The notes under the pieces were generated by a model. The model did no database searches. It had not been told where the DNA came from and saw only the letters and a program-made list of their open reading frames with translations. The position numbers and the translations under genes are program-made. From Bdellovibrio sp. (lineage in GTDB: Bacteria; Bdellovibrionota; Bdellovibrionia; Bdellovibrionales; Bdellovibrionaceae), in contig JAKFBS010000003.1 in NCBI GenBank assembly GCA_036677065.1, positions 433,573 through 497,572 of the forward strand: a DNA stretch of 64,000 bases, given 5' to 3'. Of this stretch, positions 1 through 13,114 are shown piece by piece; position 1 is the first letter of the stretch, and each line of letters opens with the position of its first letter.

Positions 1-1424
1 TCGGCGAAAAAGCAGGCGATGTTCGTGATACTTCATTACGTGCACCATCTGGCGTTTACGGAACAGTAATCGATGCGCAAGTTTACTCGCGTGAAGGTTC
101 TGACCGTGATGAGCGTTTAGGTTTAATCATCGAAGAAAAACGTAAAAAATTAGAAAAAGATTTAGCGATCGAACAAAACGTTATCAAAAATAACGCGATC
201 GAAAAATTACGCGATATCGTAGTTGGTAAAAACACTACAGGTATCTTATTAAATGAAGATGGTACTCAAAAATTATTGAATAAAGGTCAAGACATCACAA
301 ATGCAGACCTTGAAACAATTCCGTTTGAATTACTAAGCTACATTCCTTTAGAGCAAGAAGTTGAATACCAAGTTAACAAAATCATCGATGGTGCTCGTAA
401 CCAGCTTGATCAAGTTAAATTAGTATTTAATGAAAAAATCGATCGCCTTAAAAAAGGTGATGAGCTTCCTCCTGGCGTTATCAAAATGGTTAAAGTTTAC
501 GTAGCTATTAAGCGTAAATTACAAGTTGGTGATAAATTCGCCGGCCGCCATGGTAATAAAGGTGTGGTTTCAAAAGTATTAGCTCAAGAAGATATGCCTT
601 ACTTAGCTGATGGTTCTCCAGTTGATATGGTTCTTAACCCGCTGGGCGTTCCTTCACGTATGAATATCGGTCAGATCTTAGAGGTGCATTTAGGTTGGGC
701 AGCGCACAACTTAGGTAAACAAATCGAAGAGCACTTAGAAAAATTTGATGCGAATAAACTTCGCTCAACGATGACTGACATCTTTGATGATAAAGAAATC
801 ACAGCTAAAGTGGCTCAAGCTGATGACGAATCATTAAAGAAAATGGGTAACGCTCTTAAAAACGGTATCCACGTTGGTACTCCGGTATTCGACGGTGCGT
901 CTGAGCAAGACGTGCGTAACTTATTACAGAAAGCTCAATTGCCTTCAACACAATCGGTATTATTCGATGGTCGTTCTGGTGAGCCTTTCACAAACCAAGT
1001 TACTGTGGGCATCATGTACATGTTAAAACTTCACCATTTAGTTGAAGAAAAGATCCATGCTCGTTCTATTGGGCCTTATTCTCTAGTTTCGCAACAGCCA
1101 CTTGGCGGTAAAGCGCAATTCGGGGGTCAGCGTCTAGGAGAAATGGAAGTTTGGGCTATCGAAGCTTACGGTGCAGCTTACTCTCTACAAGAATTCTTAA
1201 CTGTTAAGTCTGATGACGTGGCAGGTAGAACTCGTATGTACGAAAGTATCGTGCGCGGTGAAAACATCCTTGAACCAGGTCTTCCTGAATCATTCAACGT
1301 ATTGATTAAAGAATTACAATCTTTAGCTCTAAACATTGAATTAGTTGAGTCAGATATTCTGACTGACAAAATGGAAGATGAAATCGTTTCTGTAGAAGAA
1401 ACTAAACCAATGGTTCAACACTAA
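1..1424 (+). CDS. rpoB: RNA polymerase beta subunit, 3' part (5'-truncated by the window)
   Basis: Frame is open from base 3 ([12 protein letters not shown]); motifs [34 protein letters not shown]; the ORF-track start at 276 is internal. Confidence 0.99.
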   Translation, partial: GEKAGDVRDTSLRAPSGVYGTVIDAQVYSREGSDRDERLGLIIEEKRKKLEKDLAIEQNVIKNNAIEKLRDIVVGKNTTGILLNEDGTQKLLNKGQDITNADLETIPFELLSYIPLEQEVEYQVNKIIDGARNQLDQVKLVFNEKIDRLKKGDELPPGVIKMVKVYVAIKRKLQVGDKFAGRHGNKGVVSKVLAQEDMPYLADGSPVDMVLNPLGVPSRMNIGQILEVHLGWAAHNLGKQIEEHLEKFDANKLRSTMTDIFDDKEITAKVAQADDESLKKMGNALKNGIHVGTPVFDGASEQDVRNLLQKAQLPSTQSVLFDGRSGEPFTNQVTVGIMYMLKLHHLVEEKIHARSIGPYSLVSQQPLGGKAQFGGQRLGEMEVWAIEAYGAAYSLQEFLTVKSDDVAGRTRMYESIVRGENILEPGLPESFNVLIKELQSLALNIELVESDILTDKMEDEIVSVEETKPMVQH

Positions 1425-1442
1425 TAAGGAAGCGGGAAAAAC

Positions 1443-4400
1443 ATGAGAGATTTATTAAATTTTTTCGACAAACCAAAAGATCCACTTTCGTTTGATGCAG
1501 TTCGTATCTCTTTAGCTTCTCCAGAAATGATCCGTGATTGGTCATTCGGCGAAGTTAAAAAGCCAGAAACTATCAATTACCGTACGTTCAAACCTGAACG
1601 TGACGGTTTATTCTGCGCAAAAATCTTTGGACCTATCAAAGATTACGAATGCTTATGCGGTAAATATAAACGTATGAAATATCGCGGAGTCATCTGCGAA
1701 AAATGCGGCGTTGAAGTTACGCAAACTAAAGTTCGTCGTGAACGTTTAGGCCATATCGAGTTAGCTACACCTGTGGCTCATATCTGGTTCTTACGTTCTT
1801 TACCTTCACGTATCGGTAACTTACTTAATCTATCGTTAAAAGACGTAGAAAAAGTTCTTTACTGCGAGTCTTACATCGTTGTTGATCCAATGGAGACAAC
1901 ATTAGAAGAAGGCGCAGTTCTTAATGAAGATGCATACAATGCAGCTCTTAACGAATTCGGTCCTAACTTCAAAGCCGGCATGGGCGGTGAAGCAGTTCGT
2001 GAAATGTTACGCAAAATCGATCCAGAATATTTATCTCGTAAGTTACGTATGGAACTTAAAGAGACTAAATCAGAAGCTGGAACTAAAAAATTATCTAAAC
2101 GTTTAAAAGTTGTTGAAGCTTTCAAAGGCTCTACTAATAAATGTGAATGGATGATGTTAGAAGCGCTTCCTGTGTTACCACCGGATTTACGTCCGTTAGT
2201 ACCTCTTGATGGTGGCCGTTTCGCAACTTCAGATCTAAATGATTTATACCGTCGTGTAATCAATCGTAATAACCGTTTGAAACGTCTTCAAGAGCTTAAC
2301 GCTCCAGACATTATCATCCGTAATGAAAAACGTATGTTACAAGAAGCGGTTGATGCGTTATTAGATAACGGTCGCCGTGGTAAAACATTTACTGGTCCAA
2401 ACAAACGTCCTCTTAAATCATTAAGCGATATGCTTAAAGGTAAACAAGGTCGTTTCCGTCAGAATTTATTAGGTAAACGTGTGGATTACTCTGGTCGTTC
2501 GGTTATTACCGTAGGCCCTACGTTAAAATTACACCAATGCGGTCTACCTAAGAAAATGGCTTTAGAATTATTCAAGCCGTTTGTTTACAACAAACTTGAA
2601 GAAAAAGGCTTAGCTACAACAATCAAACAAGCTAAACGCTTAGTTGATCAAGAGACAGTAGAAGTATGGGATATCTTAGCTGAAGTAGTTAAAGAACATC
2701 CAGTATTACTAAATCGTGCTCCAACGTTACATAGACTTGGTATCCAAGCTTTCGAACCAGTTCTTCATGAAGGTAAAGCGATCCAATTACATCCATTAGT
2801 GTGTACTGCATTCAATGCCGATTTCGATGGAGATCAGATGGCAGTTCACGTTCCACTTTCTGTGGAAGCGCAAGTTGAAGCTCGTGTATTAATGATGTCG
2901 ACTAACAATATCTTATCGCCTGCCAATGGTAAGCCGATCATCAATCCATCTCAGGACGTTGTCTTGGGTCTTTATTGGATGACTCGTCTTCGTCCAGGTG
3001 CAAAAGGTGCTGGTAAACGTTTCGCTTCAGTTCAAGAGGCATTATATGCTTACGAAACTGGAATCATCGATATCCAAGCTACTTGTCATGTTAAAATTAA
3101 AGGTAAAGTAGAAGAAACAACTGTAGGACGCGCGATTTTATCAGACGTAGTACCTAAAGAAGTTCCTTTCACAACGATCAATACAGCGATGTCAAAAAAA
3201 TCTATCGCTTCATTAATCGATACAACTTTCCGTTTAGCTGGTGCTAAAGCGACTTGTATTTTAGCCGATCAAATCATGCAGTTAGGTTTCAAATACTCAA
3301 CTGTAGCGGGTCTTTCGATCTCTGTAGATGACATGATCATCCCAGAACAAAAAGCTCCGATGTTAGCTGATGCTGATAAACAAGTTCAAGAAATCCAACA
3401 ACAGTACGACGAAGGTTTAATTACCGACGGTGAGCGCTACAATAAAGTTGTGGATATCTGGGCTCAAACTTCAGATAAAGTTGCCAAAGAGATGATGAGC
3501 CAAATCGAGAAACAAAAATTCTTGGTTGATGGTAAAGAAATCGTTGGACCTTCATTCAATCCAATTTACGTCATGGCCGATTCCGGAGCCCGTGGATCGT
3601 TCAATCAGTTACGTCAGTTAGGTGCGATGCGTGGTCTTATGGCTAAGCCATCAGGCGAAATTATCGAAACACCGATCACGGCAAATTTCCGTGAAGGTTT
3701 AACGGTACTTCAATATTTCATTTCTACACATGGTGCGCGTAAAGGTCTTGCCGATACAGCATTAAAAACAGCCAACTCTGGATACTTAACACGTCGTTTA
3801 GTTGACGTGGCTCAAGACGTTGTTGTTTCTGAAATCGATTGCGGAACTAAAGAAGGTTTAGAAATCACTCCGGTTTATGAATCAGGTGAAATCATCCTTG
3901 GTATCGCTGATCGTATTTTAGGTCGCGTAACAATCAATGATGTTATCGATCCAGCAACGAACACTGTATTGTTAAAAGCTAACAGCGAAATGGACGAAAA
4001 CTTAGTTAAACGTATTGAAGATGCTGGAATCGAAAGAATCCAAATTCGTTCGGCTTTAACTTGTGAAGCTCGCCGTGGTGTTTGTGTGAAATGTTATGGC
4101 CGTGATTTATCTCGTGGTGCGACTGTAAACTTAGGTGAAACAGTTGGTATTATCGCAGCTCAATCAATCGGTGAGCCTGGTACTCAGTTAACAATGCGTA
4201 CATTCCACTTAGGTGGTGCGGCATCTCGTTCAGTTGAGCAATCAGTTCATACAACTCGTTTCGATGGTATTTTAAAATTACAAAACGTTCAGTTAGTTAC
4301 AAACAAAACTGGCAAATTAACAGTACTTAATCGTAATGGTAATGCGCTAGTTGTTGATGAAACTGGTCGTGAACGCGAAAACTTCAAATTAGTTTACGGT

Positions 4401-5546
4401 ACAATCTTAAACTTCAAAGATGGCGCTAAAGTTTCTAAAGGAAACGCTATTGCTGAATGGGATCCGTATTCTAATCCGATTATCTCGGAAGTAACTGCGA
4501 AAATTCAGTTCCAAGATATTACTGAAGGTAAAACAATGACTGAGCAAGTGGATCCAGTAACTGGTTTCGCTACTAAAGTTATTATCGAAGGTAAAACTTC
4601 AGACAACAAGCCAACTGTATTCATGACTGATGCATCAGGAAAAGTAATGAACCTTCCAGGTCGTGACATTCCAGCTCGTTATATGATTCCAGTGGGCGCG
4701 CAATTATTAATTACTGATGGTGCAGATGTGCACGCCGGTGATGTGATCGCAAAACTACATCGCGAAACTTCTAAAACGAAAGATATCACGGGCGGTCTTC
4801 CGCGCGTTGCCGAATTATTCGAAGCACGTAAACCAAAAGACGCAGCAATCATTGCTGAAGTTGATGGTTTCGTAACTTTCGGTAAAGACGTAAAAGGTAA
4901 ACAACGTGTTATCGTAACTCCAGAAATCGGCGAACAAACTGAATACCTTATTCCAAAAGGTAAACACGTTGCGGTTCGTGAGGGTGAGTTCGTTCGTGCC
5001 GGTGAAGCGTTAGTTGATGGACCTACGAATCCGCATGATTTACTTGCGGTATTAGGTGCGAAAGCATTATCAGCTTACTTAGTTAATGAAGTTCAAGAAG
5101 TTTACCGTCTACAAGGTGTGGGTATCAATGATAAGCACATCGAAGTGATCGTACGTCAGATGTTACGTAAAGTTGAAATCGCTGAAGTAGGAGACACTAA
5201 GTTCTTATCTGGCGAACAAGCTGAGCGTTCAACAATGCTTACTGAAAATGACCGTGTATCTAAAGAGGGTGGCCAAGTGGCTACATTTAGACCTCTATTA
5301 TTAGGTATCACGAAAGTTTCATTAAGTACTGAAAGCTGGATTTCAGCGGCGTCATTCCAAGAGACTACTAAGGTTCTTACTGAAGCAGCTATTAATTCAA
5401 AAACAGATCATTTACGTGGCTTAAAAGAAAATATCATCATGGGTCGCTTGATCCCTGCTGGTACGGGATTAACAGCTTACAAAAAATGGAAAGTTGTCGT
5501 TGCTGAAGACGAAGATATGGATGCAGCACCACTACCATTCGGCTAG
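1443..5546 (+). CDS. rpoC: RNA polymerase beta' subunit
   Basis: NADFDGD catalytic motif, N-terminal Zn-finger cysteines, 1367 aa, follows rpoB. Confidence 0.99.
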   Translation: MRDLLNFFDKPKDPLSFDAVRISLASPEMIRDWSFGEVKKPETINYRTFKPERDGLFCAKIFGPIKDYECLCGKYKRMKYRGVICEKCGVEVTQTKVRRERLGHIELATPVAHIWFLRSLPSRIGNLLNLSLKDVEKVLYCESYIVVDPMETTLEEGAVLNEDAYNAALNEFGPNFKAGMGGEAVREMLRKIDPEYLSRKLRMELKETKSEAGTKKLSKRLKVVEAFKGSTNKCEWMMLEALPVLPPDLRPLVPLDGGRFATSDLNDLYRRVINRNNRLKRLQELNAPDIIIRNEKRMLQEAVDALLDNGRRGKTFTGPNKRPLKSLSDMLKGKQGRFRQNLLGKRVDYSGRSVITVGPTLKLHQCGLPKKMALELFKPFVYNKLEEKGLATTIKQAKRLVDQETVEVWDILAEVVKEHPVLLNRAPTLHRLGIQAFEPVLHEGKAIQLHPLVCTAFNADFDGDQMAVHVPLSVEAQVEARVLMMSTNNILSPANGKPIINPSQDVVLGLYWMTRLRPGAKGAGKRFASVQEALYAYETGIIDIQATCHVKIKGKVEETTVGRAILSDVVPKEVPFTTINTAMSKKSIASLIDTTFRLAGAKATCILADQIMQLGFKYSTVAGLSISVDDMIIPEQKAPMLADADKQVQEIQQQYDEGLITDGERYNKVVDIWAQTSDKVAKEMMSQIEKQKFLVDGKEIVGPSFNPIYVMADSGARGSFNQLRQLGAMRGLMAKPSGEIIETPITANFREGLTVLQYFISTHGARKGLADTALKTANSGYLTRRLVDVAQDVVVSEIDCGTKEGLEITPVYESGEIILGIADRILGRVTINDVIDPATNTVLLKANSEMDENLVKRIEDAGIERIQIRSALTCEARRGVCVKCYGRDLSRGATVNLGETVGIIAAQSIGEPGTQLTMRTFHLGGAASRSVEQSVHTTRFDGILKLQNVQLVTNKTGKLTVLNRNGNALVVDETGRERENFKLVYGTILNFKDGAKVSKGNAIAEWDPYSNPIISEVTAKIQFQDITEGKTMTEQVDPVTGFATKVIIEGKTSDNKPTVFMTDASGKVMNLPGRDIPARYMIPVGAQLLITDGADVHAGDVIAKLHRETSKTKDITGGLPRVAELFEARKPKDAAIIAEVDGFVTFGKDVKGKQRVIVTPEIGEQTEYLIPKGKHVAVREGEFVRAGEALVDGPTNPHDLLAVLGAKALSAYLVNEVQEVYRLQGVGINDKHIEVIVRQMLRKVEIAEVGDTKFLSGEQAERSTMLTENDRVSKEGGQVATFRPLLLGITKVSLSTESWISAASFQETTKVLTEAAINSKTDHLRGLKENIIMGRLIPAGTGLTAYKKWKVVVAEDEDMDAAPLPFG

Positions 5547-5588
5547 TTTGCCTCAAATATAGGGCCTCGGTAAAACGGGGTCTGAATG

Positions 5589-5616
5589 AAAAAGGACCTT
5601 TCGGGGTCCTTTTTTT
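5589..5616 (+). terminator. Intrinsic terminator after rpoC
   Basis: AAAAAGGACCT-TTCG-GGGTCCTTTTTTT hairpin plus U-tract. Confidence 0.9.
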
Positions 5617-5788
5617 ATGGGTAAAATGCTTGCCCTGCTTGACGTAGGTGGCCTTTGCAGGTTACAAATCTTGTTCTTCGACCAAAAATCGAACTTACGG
5701 GTATGGCCCGTTCAAATCCATAGCTAACCAGAATTGCTATAAATATTCTGGAATGTATAAGGCTAGATACCTATTAAGAGGAGTAAAA

Positions 5789-6163
5789 GTGCCTACTATT
5801 AATCAGCTCATTAAAAAAGAGCGTACAGTTCAAAAGAACCAAACAAAATCGCCAGCTTTACAAGCTTGCCCTCAACGTCGTGGCGTTTGTACGCGCGTTT
5901 ACACTACAACTCCAAAGAAGCCGAATTCAGCTTTACGTAAAGTAGCTAAAGTTCGTTTATCTAATGGTTTTGAAGTAATCTCTTACATCCCAGGTATCGG
6001 TCACAATCTACAAGAGCATAGCGTTGTTATGATCCGTGGCGGTCGTGTTAAAGATCTACCAGGTGTTCGTTACCACATCGTTCGTGGAACACTAGATTTA
6101 CAAGGCGTTAATGGTCGTTTACGTAGCCGTTCTAAATACGGTGCGAAAAAACCTAAGAAATAA
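5789..6163 (+). CDS. rpsL: 30S ribosomal protein S12
   Basis: GTG start after [29 protein letters not shown]; the ORF-track extension from 5648 is spurious. Confidence 0.98.
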   Translation: MPTINQLIKKERTVQKNQTKSPALQACPQRRGVCTRVYTTTPKKPNSALRKVAKVRLSNGFEVISYIPGIGHNLQEHSVVMIRGGRVKDLPGVRYHIVRGTLDLQGVNGRLRSRSKYGAKKPKK

Positions 6164-6188
6164 TTAAGAAATTTAGAGGAATAAACAT

Positions 6189-6662
6189 ATGTCTCGTAGA
6201 AGTCGTACATTTAAAAGAGAAATTATCCCAGATCCAGTTCACAAGGATTTAGTTATCGCTAAATTCATCAATAAAATCATGTTACGTGGTCAAAAATCGA
6301 CTGCGCAAAAATTATTTTACGGAGCCCTAGATGAATTAAACGGTAAAGTTCAAGGTGAAGATTCATTAACAATCCTTAAAAAAGCGATTGAAAATGTTAA
6401 ACCATCAATTGAAGTTCGTTCACGTCGCGTGGGCGGAGCTACTTACCAAGTTCCAGTTGATGTTCGTCCAACACGCCGTTTAGCTTTAGCTATGCGTTGG
6501 ATGGTTGATTACTCACGTGCTCGTGGCGAAAAAGATTTTTCTAAGCGTTTAGCTGGTGAAATCTTAGATGCTTACAACAACCGTGGTAACAGCATCAAAA
6601 AACGTGAAGACGTACACAAAATGGCTGAGTCGAACAAAGCGTTCGCTCACTACAACTGGTAA
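6189..6662 (+). CDS. rpsG: 30S ribosomal protein S7
   Basis: [24 protein letters not shown]. Confidence 0.99.
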   Translation: MSRRSRTFKREIIPDPVHKDLVIAKFINKIMLRGQKSTAQKLFYGALDELNGKVQGEDSLTILKKAIENVKPSIEVRSRRVGGATYQVPVDVRPTRRLALAMRWMVDYSRARGEKDFSKRLAGEILDAYNNRGNSIKKREDVHKMAESNKAFAHYNW

Positions 6663-6689
6663 TCAATTACTAGTTAATTTAAAACTATT

Positions 6690-6720
6690 AAACCCGAAGA
6701 GAAATCTTCGGGTTTTTTTT
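6690..6720 (+). terminator. Intrinsic terminator between rpsG and fusA
   Basis: AAACCCGAAGA-GAAA-TCTTCGGGTTTTTTTT. Confidence 0.9.
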
Positions 6721-6747
6721 GTCTTTTCGGCGAAATACGTTTAAGTT
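6719..6747 (+). promoter_or_regulatory. Putative sigma70 promoter of fusA (near-leaderless transcript)
   Basis: TTGTCT-N17-TAAGTT ending 9 nt before the ATG at 6757; no SD present. Confidence 0.45.
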
Positions 6748-6756
6748 AGTCGCCAT

Positions 6757-8832
6757 ATGGTTGTTAAAACAGAAGCTGACTTAAAATTTACTCGCAATAT
6801 CGGTATCATGGCTCACATTGATGCGGGAAAAACCACAACTACAGAGCGTATTCTATTTTACACTGGTAAAAGTCATAAAATCGGCGAAGTCCATGATGGC
6901 GCGGCCACCATGGATTGGATGCCACAAGAGCAAGAGCGCGGTATTACAATCACGTCTGCAGCGACCACTACTTCTTGGAAAAATCATCGCATTAATATTA
7001 TCGATACTCCGGGACACGTTGATTTCACTATTGAAGTTGAGCGTTCACTTCGCGTATTAGACGGCGCCATCGCTGTTTACGATGCGGTATCAGGTGTTGA
7101 GCCCCAGTCAGAAACTGTTTGGCGCCAAGCTAACAAACATAAAGTTCCAAGAATTTGTTTTGTAAATAAAATGGATCGCACCGGTTCAGATTTTGATATG
7201 TGTGTTCAATCAATAAAAGAAAAACTAGAAGCTAATCCTATTAAAGTGCAAATTCCCATTGGTTCTGAAGAAAATTTTGTGGGTATTTGCGATTTACTGA
7301 CTTCGAAAGCTTACACATGGGCGCCCAATAACCCTCATGATTTTCAAACTGTAGATATTCCTGCTAACATGAAGGAACTTTTTGAAACTGAGCGTGCCAG
7401 AACAATCGAACAAATTTGTGAACTTGATGACGCTCTGGTTGAAAAATATTTAAATGGCGAAACTCCCTCTTTAGAAGAGCTAAAAGCAGCTCTTCGTCAC
7501 GGTGTTATCACGCTAAAAGTTTTTCCTGTATTTTGCGGAGCTGCTTTTAAAAATAAAGGCATTCAGCAAATTCTAGATGGTGTTACAGATTATTTGCCGT
7601 CTCCCTTGGATCTTCCTCCGACAATTGGAATGAATCCGATCAAAGATAATATGACAGTTGAATGTCATGTTAAATTTGATGAACCCGCTGCAGCTTTAGC
7701 TTTCAAATTAGCGAATGATCCGTTTGCCGGCTCATTAACTTATATTCGTGTGTACTCTGGAACTTTAAAAGTGGGTGACCAAGTTTTAAATCCACGTACA
7801 GAAAAAAAAGAGCGCGTACAGAAAATCGTGAAGATGCATGCGAATGCGCGTGAAGAAGTGTCTGAAATCAAAGCCGGTGATATCGGTGCGATCATTGGAT
7901 TAAAATTCACAACAACAGGCGATACTTTGTGCGATTCATCACGCCAAGTGGTGTTTGAATCTATCACTTTCCCAGAGCCAGTTATCTCGGTTGTTGTCGA
8001 AGCAAAATCTTCTGCAGAACAAGATAAAATGATGGAAGGCCTTCAGCGTTTAGAGCGTGAAGATCCATCTTGCCGTTTACGTTCAGACCCCGAAACAGGG
8101 CAAATCCTACTTTCAGGCATGGGCGAATTGCATGTTGATATCTTAGTGGACCGTTTGCTTCGTGAGTATAAAATTCAAGCCAACGTCGGTAAGCCACAAG
8201 TGGCGTACCGCGAGACTATCAACGGTGAATCAAAAATTGATTACACTTTCGAGAGACTTCTTGGTGGTGAAGAAAAATTTGCAAAAATCAGCTTAAAAGT
8301 TGAAGCTATTAATCCTGCTGAAGGAATTAAGATTATTTCTTTAGTTCAGCCTTCAAAAGAAGTTCAGCCAAATTGGATCAAGGCTTGCGAGCAAGGTCTT
8401 AAAGAAGCTTGTGAGGTTGGTCCGATCGGCAGTTATGCTATGGTGGGTCTAAAGGTAACAATTACATCATTATCGGGCGACCCGCAAAAGACCGACGAAA
8501 TCGTGTGTAAGGCAGCGAGCTCGTTGGCTTTCCGTGATTTGATCAAATCAGCTAATCAAGTTTTACTTGAACCGATGTTTAAGCTTGAAGTTAACTGTCC
8601 TGATGATTTTGTAGGCAGCGTGGTGAGCGATATTAACTCTAGACGCGGTAAAATCCATAATATGACTGCAAAACCGTCTGGTGGCCAAATGGTTTCGGCT
8701 GAAGTGCCGTTGGCAAACATGTTCGGGTATTCGACTGATGTTCGTAGTTTGTCGCAAGGACGAGCATTTTTTAGCATGGAATTCCTAAATTACTCGCCGG
8801 TTCCGCCAAAAGTTAAGGCCGAAATCCTGACT

Positions 8833-8847
<15 letters not shown>
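6757..8847 (+). CDS. fusA: Elongation factor G, divergent (EF-G2/recycling-type-like)
   Basis: [21 protein letters not shown] and NKMD intact; domain IV loop motifs QSGGRGQYG and YHDVDSS absent. Confidence 0.93.
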
Positions 8848-8911
<64 letters not shown>

Positions 8912-8943
8912 AAACTCCCTCTGAAAAAAAGAATTTTTTCCCA

Positions 8944-8972
8944 TTGACTCTAAATGTCGTTTATAAGATATT
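8944..8972 (+). promoter_or_regulatory. Putative sigma70 promoter of the S10 operon
   Basis: TTGACT-N17-GATATT with an AT-rich upstream tract. Confidence 0.55.
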
Positions 8973-9071
8973 TTCGCTTCTGGTTTATTTTTAGCTACGG
9001 AAACCACCGCGATATTCGGGCTTATCTAGCTCAAGTGGAGAATGGTTTTGACGGGCAAAAGAGGTAAAAAA

Positions 9072-9389
9072 ATGCAAAGTCAAAAGATAAGAATTAGGCT
9101 TAAGGCCTTTGATCATAAATTACTTGATCAATCGACAAAAGAAATCGTGGACACTGCTCGTCGCACAGGAGCTAAGGTTGCGGGACCAATCCCTCTTCCT
9201 ACTCGTATTAACAGATTTACTGTTTTACGTTCTCCGCACGTTGATAAAAAATCACGTGAGCAATTCGAAGTAAGAACACACAAAAGAATGTTAGACATTC
9301 TTGAACCAACTCAACAAACGATCGATCAATTAATGAAATTAGATCTATCTGCTGGCGTTGACGTTGAAATTAAGCTTTCAGCTGAATAA
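9072..9389 (+). CDS. rpsJ: 30S ribosomal protein S10
   Basis: ATG after [36 protein letters not shown]. Confidence 0.98.
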   Translation: MQSQKIRIRLKAFDHKLLDQSTKEIVDTARRTGAKVAGPIPLPTRINRFTVLRSPHVDKKSREQFEVRTHKRMLDILEPTQQTIDQLMKLDLSAGVDVEIKLSAE

Positions 9390-9406
9390 AAGAAGGGAGA
9401 ATTACT

Positions 9407-10069
9407 ATGAGTGAAAATCAAGAAACAAATTCTTCTGGCCTAAAATTAAACGGCATCTATGCGTTTAAAGAAGGTATGGCAACAATTTACAATGATAAAG
9501 GTGAAGCAGTACCAGTTACAGTTTTACGTTATGAAACTTGGAAAGTGTCGCAAATCAAAACTAACGAAAAAGACGGCTACACAGCTGTTCAAATCGCATC
9601 AGTTCCTAAAAAAGCTAAAAATTCTTCTAAAGCAGAAATTGGACACTTAAAAGGTTCAGGCTTTGAAACTGCTGCTCGTTTTATTAAAGAAATCCGTCAA
9701 GACTTACCAGCTGATGTTAAGTTAGGTGACGCAATCTCTATCGATAGCTTAGTGAAAGGTGAATTAGTAAAAATCACTTCTCGCTCTAAAGGTAAAGGTT
9801 TCCAAGGTTCTGTAAGACGTTGGAGTTTCGCGGGTGGTCCTGCTACTCACGGATCTAAATTCCACAGAAGACCAGGTTCTTCTGGTAACAGAACATGGCC
9901 AGGCCGTGTTATGCCAGGTAAGAAATTCCCAGGTCACTTAGGTGACGAAAATGTAACAGTTCGTAACGTTGAAATCGTAGAGATCAACGCTGCTGACGGA
10001 GTAGTTCTTGTTAAAGGACCAGTTCCAGGACACAAAAACTCTCTTGTTAGACTGGTTAAGGAGCAATAG
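9407..10069 (+). CDS. rplC: 50S ribosomal protein L3
   Basis: DGYTAVQ, SKGKGFQG, HRRPGS; operon position. Confidence 0.98.
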   Translation: MSENQETNSSGLKLNGIYAFKEGMATIYNDKGEAVPVTVLRYETWKVSQIKTNEKDGYTAVQIASVPKKAKNSSKAEIGHLKGSGFETAARFIKEIRQDLPADVKLGDAISIDSLVKGELVKITSRSKGKGFQGSVRRWSFAGGPATHGSKFHRRPGSSGNRTWPGRVMPGKKFPGHLGDENVTVRNVEIVEINAADGVVLVKGPVPGHKNSLVRLVKEQ

Positions 10070-10071
10070 TC

Positions 10072-10695
10072 ATGGCTACAATCAATGTACTTAATTGGAA
10101 AAAAGAAAAAGTTGGATCACTTGATTTACAAGCGGACACTTTTGAAGTTGAAGTAAAAAAAGACGTATTACACACAGTTGTAAGATGGCAATTAGCTTGT
10201 CGTCGTCAAGGCACTCACATGACTAAAACAAAAGGTTTAGTGAGCGGTGGTGGTAAAAAGCCATTCAAGCAAAAAGGTACTGGTAACGCCCGTCAAGGTT
10301 CTACTCGTTCTCCTTTAATGCCAGGCGGTGGTACTATGTTCGGTCCACAACCACGTTCATACGGTTATGTGTTACCTAAGAAAATGAGAAAATCAGCTCT
10401 TAAAATGGCTTTATCTCATTTATTCAAAGAAGGAAAACTTACAGTAGTTGATTCAATGAATTCTGAAGGTAAAACAAATGAACTAGGCAAACGTTTACAA
10501 ACGTTTGGAGTTAAAAAAGCAGTTTTAATCGATAATTCTTCGAATGAAAACTTCAGCCGTGCAGCTCGTAACTTAGTTGATTATAAATACTCTGGTGTTG
10601 AAGGCTTAAACGTTTTTGACTTATTAAAATACGACTACGCAGTTATCACTAAAGATTCGGTAGCTAAAATCATCGAAAGATGTTCTGCGGAATAA
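10072..10695 (+). CDS. rplD: 50S ribosomal protein L4
   Basis: GGGKKPFKQKGTGNARQGS. Confidence 0.98.
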   Translation: MATINVLNWKKEKVGSLDLQADTFEVEVKKDVLHTVVRWQLACRRQGTHMTKTKGLVSGGGKKPFKQKGTGNARQGSTRSPLMPGGGTMFGPQPRSYGYVLPKKMRKSALKMALSHLFKEGKLTVVDSMNSEGKTNELGKRLQTFGVKKAVLIDNSSNENFSRAARNLVDYKYSGVEGLNVFDLLKYDYAVITKDSVAKIIERCSAE

Positions 10696-10706
10696 TCGGG
10701 GAAAAT

Positions 10707-10985
10707 ATGAAACAACACTTAAAATCTCCACTAATCACAGAAAAAAATACAGTTTTAGCAGAAGCTGGAACGTATGTATTTAAAGTTGAGTTATCTTCTT
10801 CTAAAGACCAAATCAAAAAAGAAGTTGAAACTAACTTTAATGTAAAAGTTCAAAAAATCCGTACCGCAGTTTGCAGAGACGATATGCGCTATTCTAAATT
10901 CGGTCTTACAGTACCGAAAAAATGGAAAAAAGCTTTTGTTCAGTTAGCTCCGGGCCAAAAAATTTCATTATTTGAGGGAGCATAA
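10707..10985 (+). CDS. rplW: 50S ribosomal protein L23
   Basis: [17 protein letters not shown] after GGGG; operon position. Confidence 0.95.
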   Translation: MKQHLKSPLITEKNTVLAEAGTYVFKVELSSSKDQIKKEVETNFNVKVQKIRTAVCRDDMRYSKFGLTVPKKWKKAFVQLAPGQKISLFEGA

Positions 10986-10987
10986 TC

Positions 10988-11806
10988 ATGGGTTTAAAAG
11001 TATTTGGATCTAGATCACATGCAAGCCGCGGAATAGTTGGATTCGATTTCAAAGAAATCACTAAAACTAAACCGGAAAAAGCATTAACAGTTTCACTTAA
11101 AAAAGTATCTGCGCGTAACAATACGGGCATGATCACTGTTCGTCACCAAGGTGGCGCACATAAGCGTAAATACCGTTTGGTTGATTTCAAACGTAATAAA
11201 TTAGAAGTACCAGCAAAAGTTGCTGCGATCGAGTATGATCCAAACAGAACTTGCCGTATTGCTCTTTTACACTACGCTGATGGGCACAAAGCTTACATTT
11301 TAGCTCCAGTGGGCTTAAATGTTGGTGATACTGTGACTTCAAGCGATAAAGCCGATATCAAACCAGGAAATTGCTTAACAATTTCTACAATCCCAGTTGG
11401 TACGATCATTCATAATATTGAAATGCGTCCAGGCAAGGGTGGCCAAATTTGTCGTGGCGCTGGCGCCTCTGCAACTTTAGCTGGTAAAGGCGAAAAATAT
11501 TGCCAAGTACGTTTACCGTCTGGCGAGTTAAAGCAAATCTTATCAACTTGTAAGGCTTCAATCGGTCAAGTTGGTAACACTGATAACGAAAACACTAAAC
11601 TTGGTAAAGCAGGCCGCTCTCGTTGGAGAGGTATCAGGCCTTCTGTACGCGGTATGCACATGAATCCAGTTGACCATCCATTGGGCGGTGGTGAAGGCGT
11701 TGGTAAGGGTCATCACCCTGTAACACCTTGGGGCCAGCCTTGTAAAGGTTACAAGACTCGTCATAACAAACGTACTGATTCATCAATCATTAAGCGTCGT
11801 AAGTAG
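10988..11806 (+). CDS. rplB: 50S ribosomal protein L2
   Basis: [20 protein letters not shown]. Confidence 0.99.
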   Translation: MGLKVFGSRSHASRGIVGFDFKEITKTKPEKALTVSLKKVSARNNTGMITVRHQGGAHKRKYRLVDFKRNKLEVPAKVAAIEYDPNRTCRIALLHYADGHKAYILAPVGLNVGDTVTSSDKADIKPGNCLTISTIPVGTIIHNIEMRPGKGGQICRGAGASATLAGKGEKYCQVRLPSGELKQILSTCKASIGQVGNTDNENTKLGKAGRSRWRGIRPSVRGMHMNPVDHPLGGGEGVGKGHHPVTPWGQPCKGYKTRHNKRTDSSIIKRRK

Positions 11807-11814
11807 GAGGATGC

Positions 11815-12105
11815 ATGGCACGTTCAATTAAAAAAGGTCCTTTTATCGATATTCACTTAGCTAAAAAAGCTGAGACGGCTATCCAAAAGAACGACAAAAA
11901 AGTAATTAAAACATGGTCAAGACGTTCTACGATCTTCCCAGAGTATGTAGGATTGACTTTTGCTGTACATAACGGCAGAAAGTTTGTTCCAGTATACGTT
12001 TCTGAGAACATGATTGGTCATAAACTTGGCGAATTCGCGCCAACTAGAACTTTTGCTGGTCACGCTGAGAAAAAAGCAGCAGCTCCAGCAGTGGCGAAGA
12101 AGTAG
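11815..12105 (+). CDS. rpsS: 30S ribosomal protein S19
   Basis: [19 protein letters not shown]. Confidence 0.99.
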   Translation: MARSIKKGPFIDIHLAKKAETAIQKNDKKVIKTWSRRSTIFPEYVGLTFAVHNGRKFVPVYVSENMIGHKLGEFAPTRTFAGHAEKKAAAPAVAKK

Positions 12106-12113
12106 GATAGAAT

Positions 12114-12446
12114 ATGGAAGCTAAAGCATCTTTAAAATATGCAAGAGTTGGAGCCCAAAAGGCTCGCTTAGTTGCTGACACCGTTCGCGGTAAATCAGTT
12201 GACGAAGCTCTTAAGATTTTGACCGTTATGAACAAAAAAACTGCTGGGTTAATTAAGAAATTAATCGAATCAGCAGTAGCGAACGCGGATTACAAAAAAA
12301 CTATGGCTGTAGACAAGTTAATCGTTAAAAAATTAACTGTAGACGGTGGCCCGGTTTTAAAACGTTTCCGCCCAAGAGCGCAAGGTCGTGCTTTTGGAGT
12401 TCGTAAAAAACTAAGTCACATTGACGTTGTATTGGGAGAGAAATAG
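12114..12446 (+). CDS. rplV: 50S ribosomal protein L22
   Basis: [17 protein letters not shown]. Confidence 0.98.
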   Translation: MEAKASLKYARVGAQKARLVADTVRGKSVDEALKILTVMNKKTAGLIKKLIESAVANADYKKTMAVDKLIVKKLTVDGGPVLKRFRPRAQGRAFGVRKKLSHIDVVLGEK

Positions 12447-12448
12447 TA

Positions 12449-13114
12449 ATGGGACAAAAGGTTCATCCAATTGGTTTTAGAGTTGGTGTTATTAGATCTT
12501 GGGATTCAAGATGGTATGCAAAAGGCAATACTTACTATGACAATCTTCACGAAGACATTAAATTAAGAAAATACTTAAAAGGTAAATTAAAACACGCAGG
12601 CGTTGCTAAAATCGAAATCGAGCGCGCGGCTAATAAAGTTAAACTTATTATCCACACTGCTCGCCCTGGTGTTGTAATTGGTAAAAAAGGTACTGGTATT
12701 GATACTTTGAAAGCTGACGTTCAAAAGTTAACTAAGAACGAAGTTTTCTTAAGCATTCAAGAAGTACGTAAACCAGATACAGAAGCTCAATTAGTTGCGG
12801 AATCAATCGCAATGCAATTAGAGAAACGTATCTCTTGGAGACGTGCTCTTAAAAAATCTATCGCAGCAGCTATCAAAGGCGGCGTGCGTGGTATCAAAAT
12901 CCGTGTTTCTGGTCGTTTAGATGGAGCAGAGATTGCTCGTTCTGAATGGTACAACGAAAAGTCAGTTCCACTTCACACATTACGTGCTGATATTGATTAC
13001 GGAACTGCAGAAGCATTAACTGCATATGGAATTATTGGTATGAAAGTATGGATCTACAAAGGTGACATTCTTTCTGCAAAAGAGCATTCGGAGGTAAATC
13101 GTGCTAAGTCCTAA
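12449..13114 (+). CDS. rpsC: 30S ribosomal protein S3
   Basis: [23 protein letters not shown]. Confidence 0.99.
   Translation: MGQKVHPIGFRVGVIRSWDSRWYAKGNTYYDNLHEDIKLRKYLKGKLKHAGVAKIEIERAANKVKLIIHTARPGVVIGKKGTGIDTLKADVQKLTKNEVFLSIQEVRKPDTEAQLVAESIAMQLEKRISWRRALKKSIAAAIKGGVRGIKIRVSGRLDGAEIARSEWYNEKSVPLHTLRADIDYGTAEALTAYGIIGMKVWIYKGDILSAKEHSEVNRAKS

Noticed and set aside
930..980. Apparent one-residue deletion in RpoB ([14 protein letters not shown] versus LPxxGQxxLxDGRTG)
   Set aside because: In frame and in a variable loop; significance cannot be judged without an alignment
5648..5788. N-terminal extension of S12 in the ORF track
   Set aside because: The canonical S12 start (GTG 5789) has a strong SD; the upstream frame is leader. 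The same applies to track extensions of rpsJ, rplW, korB, regulator 2, the 46377 ORF and mtnP
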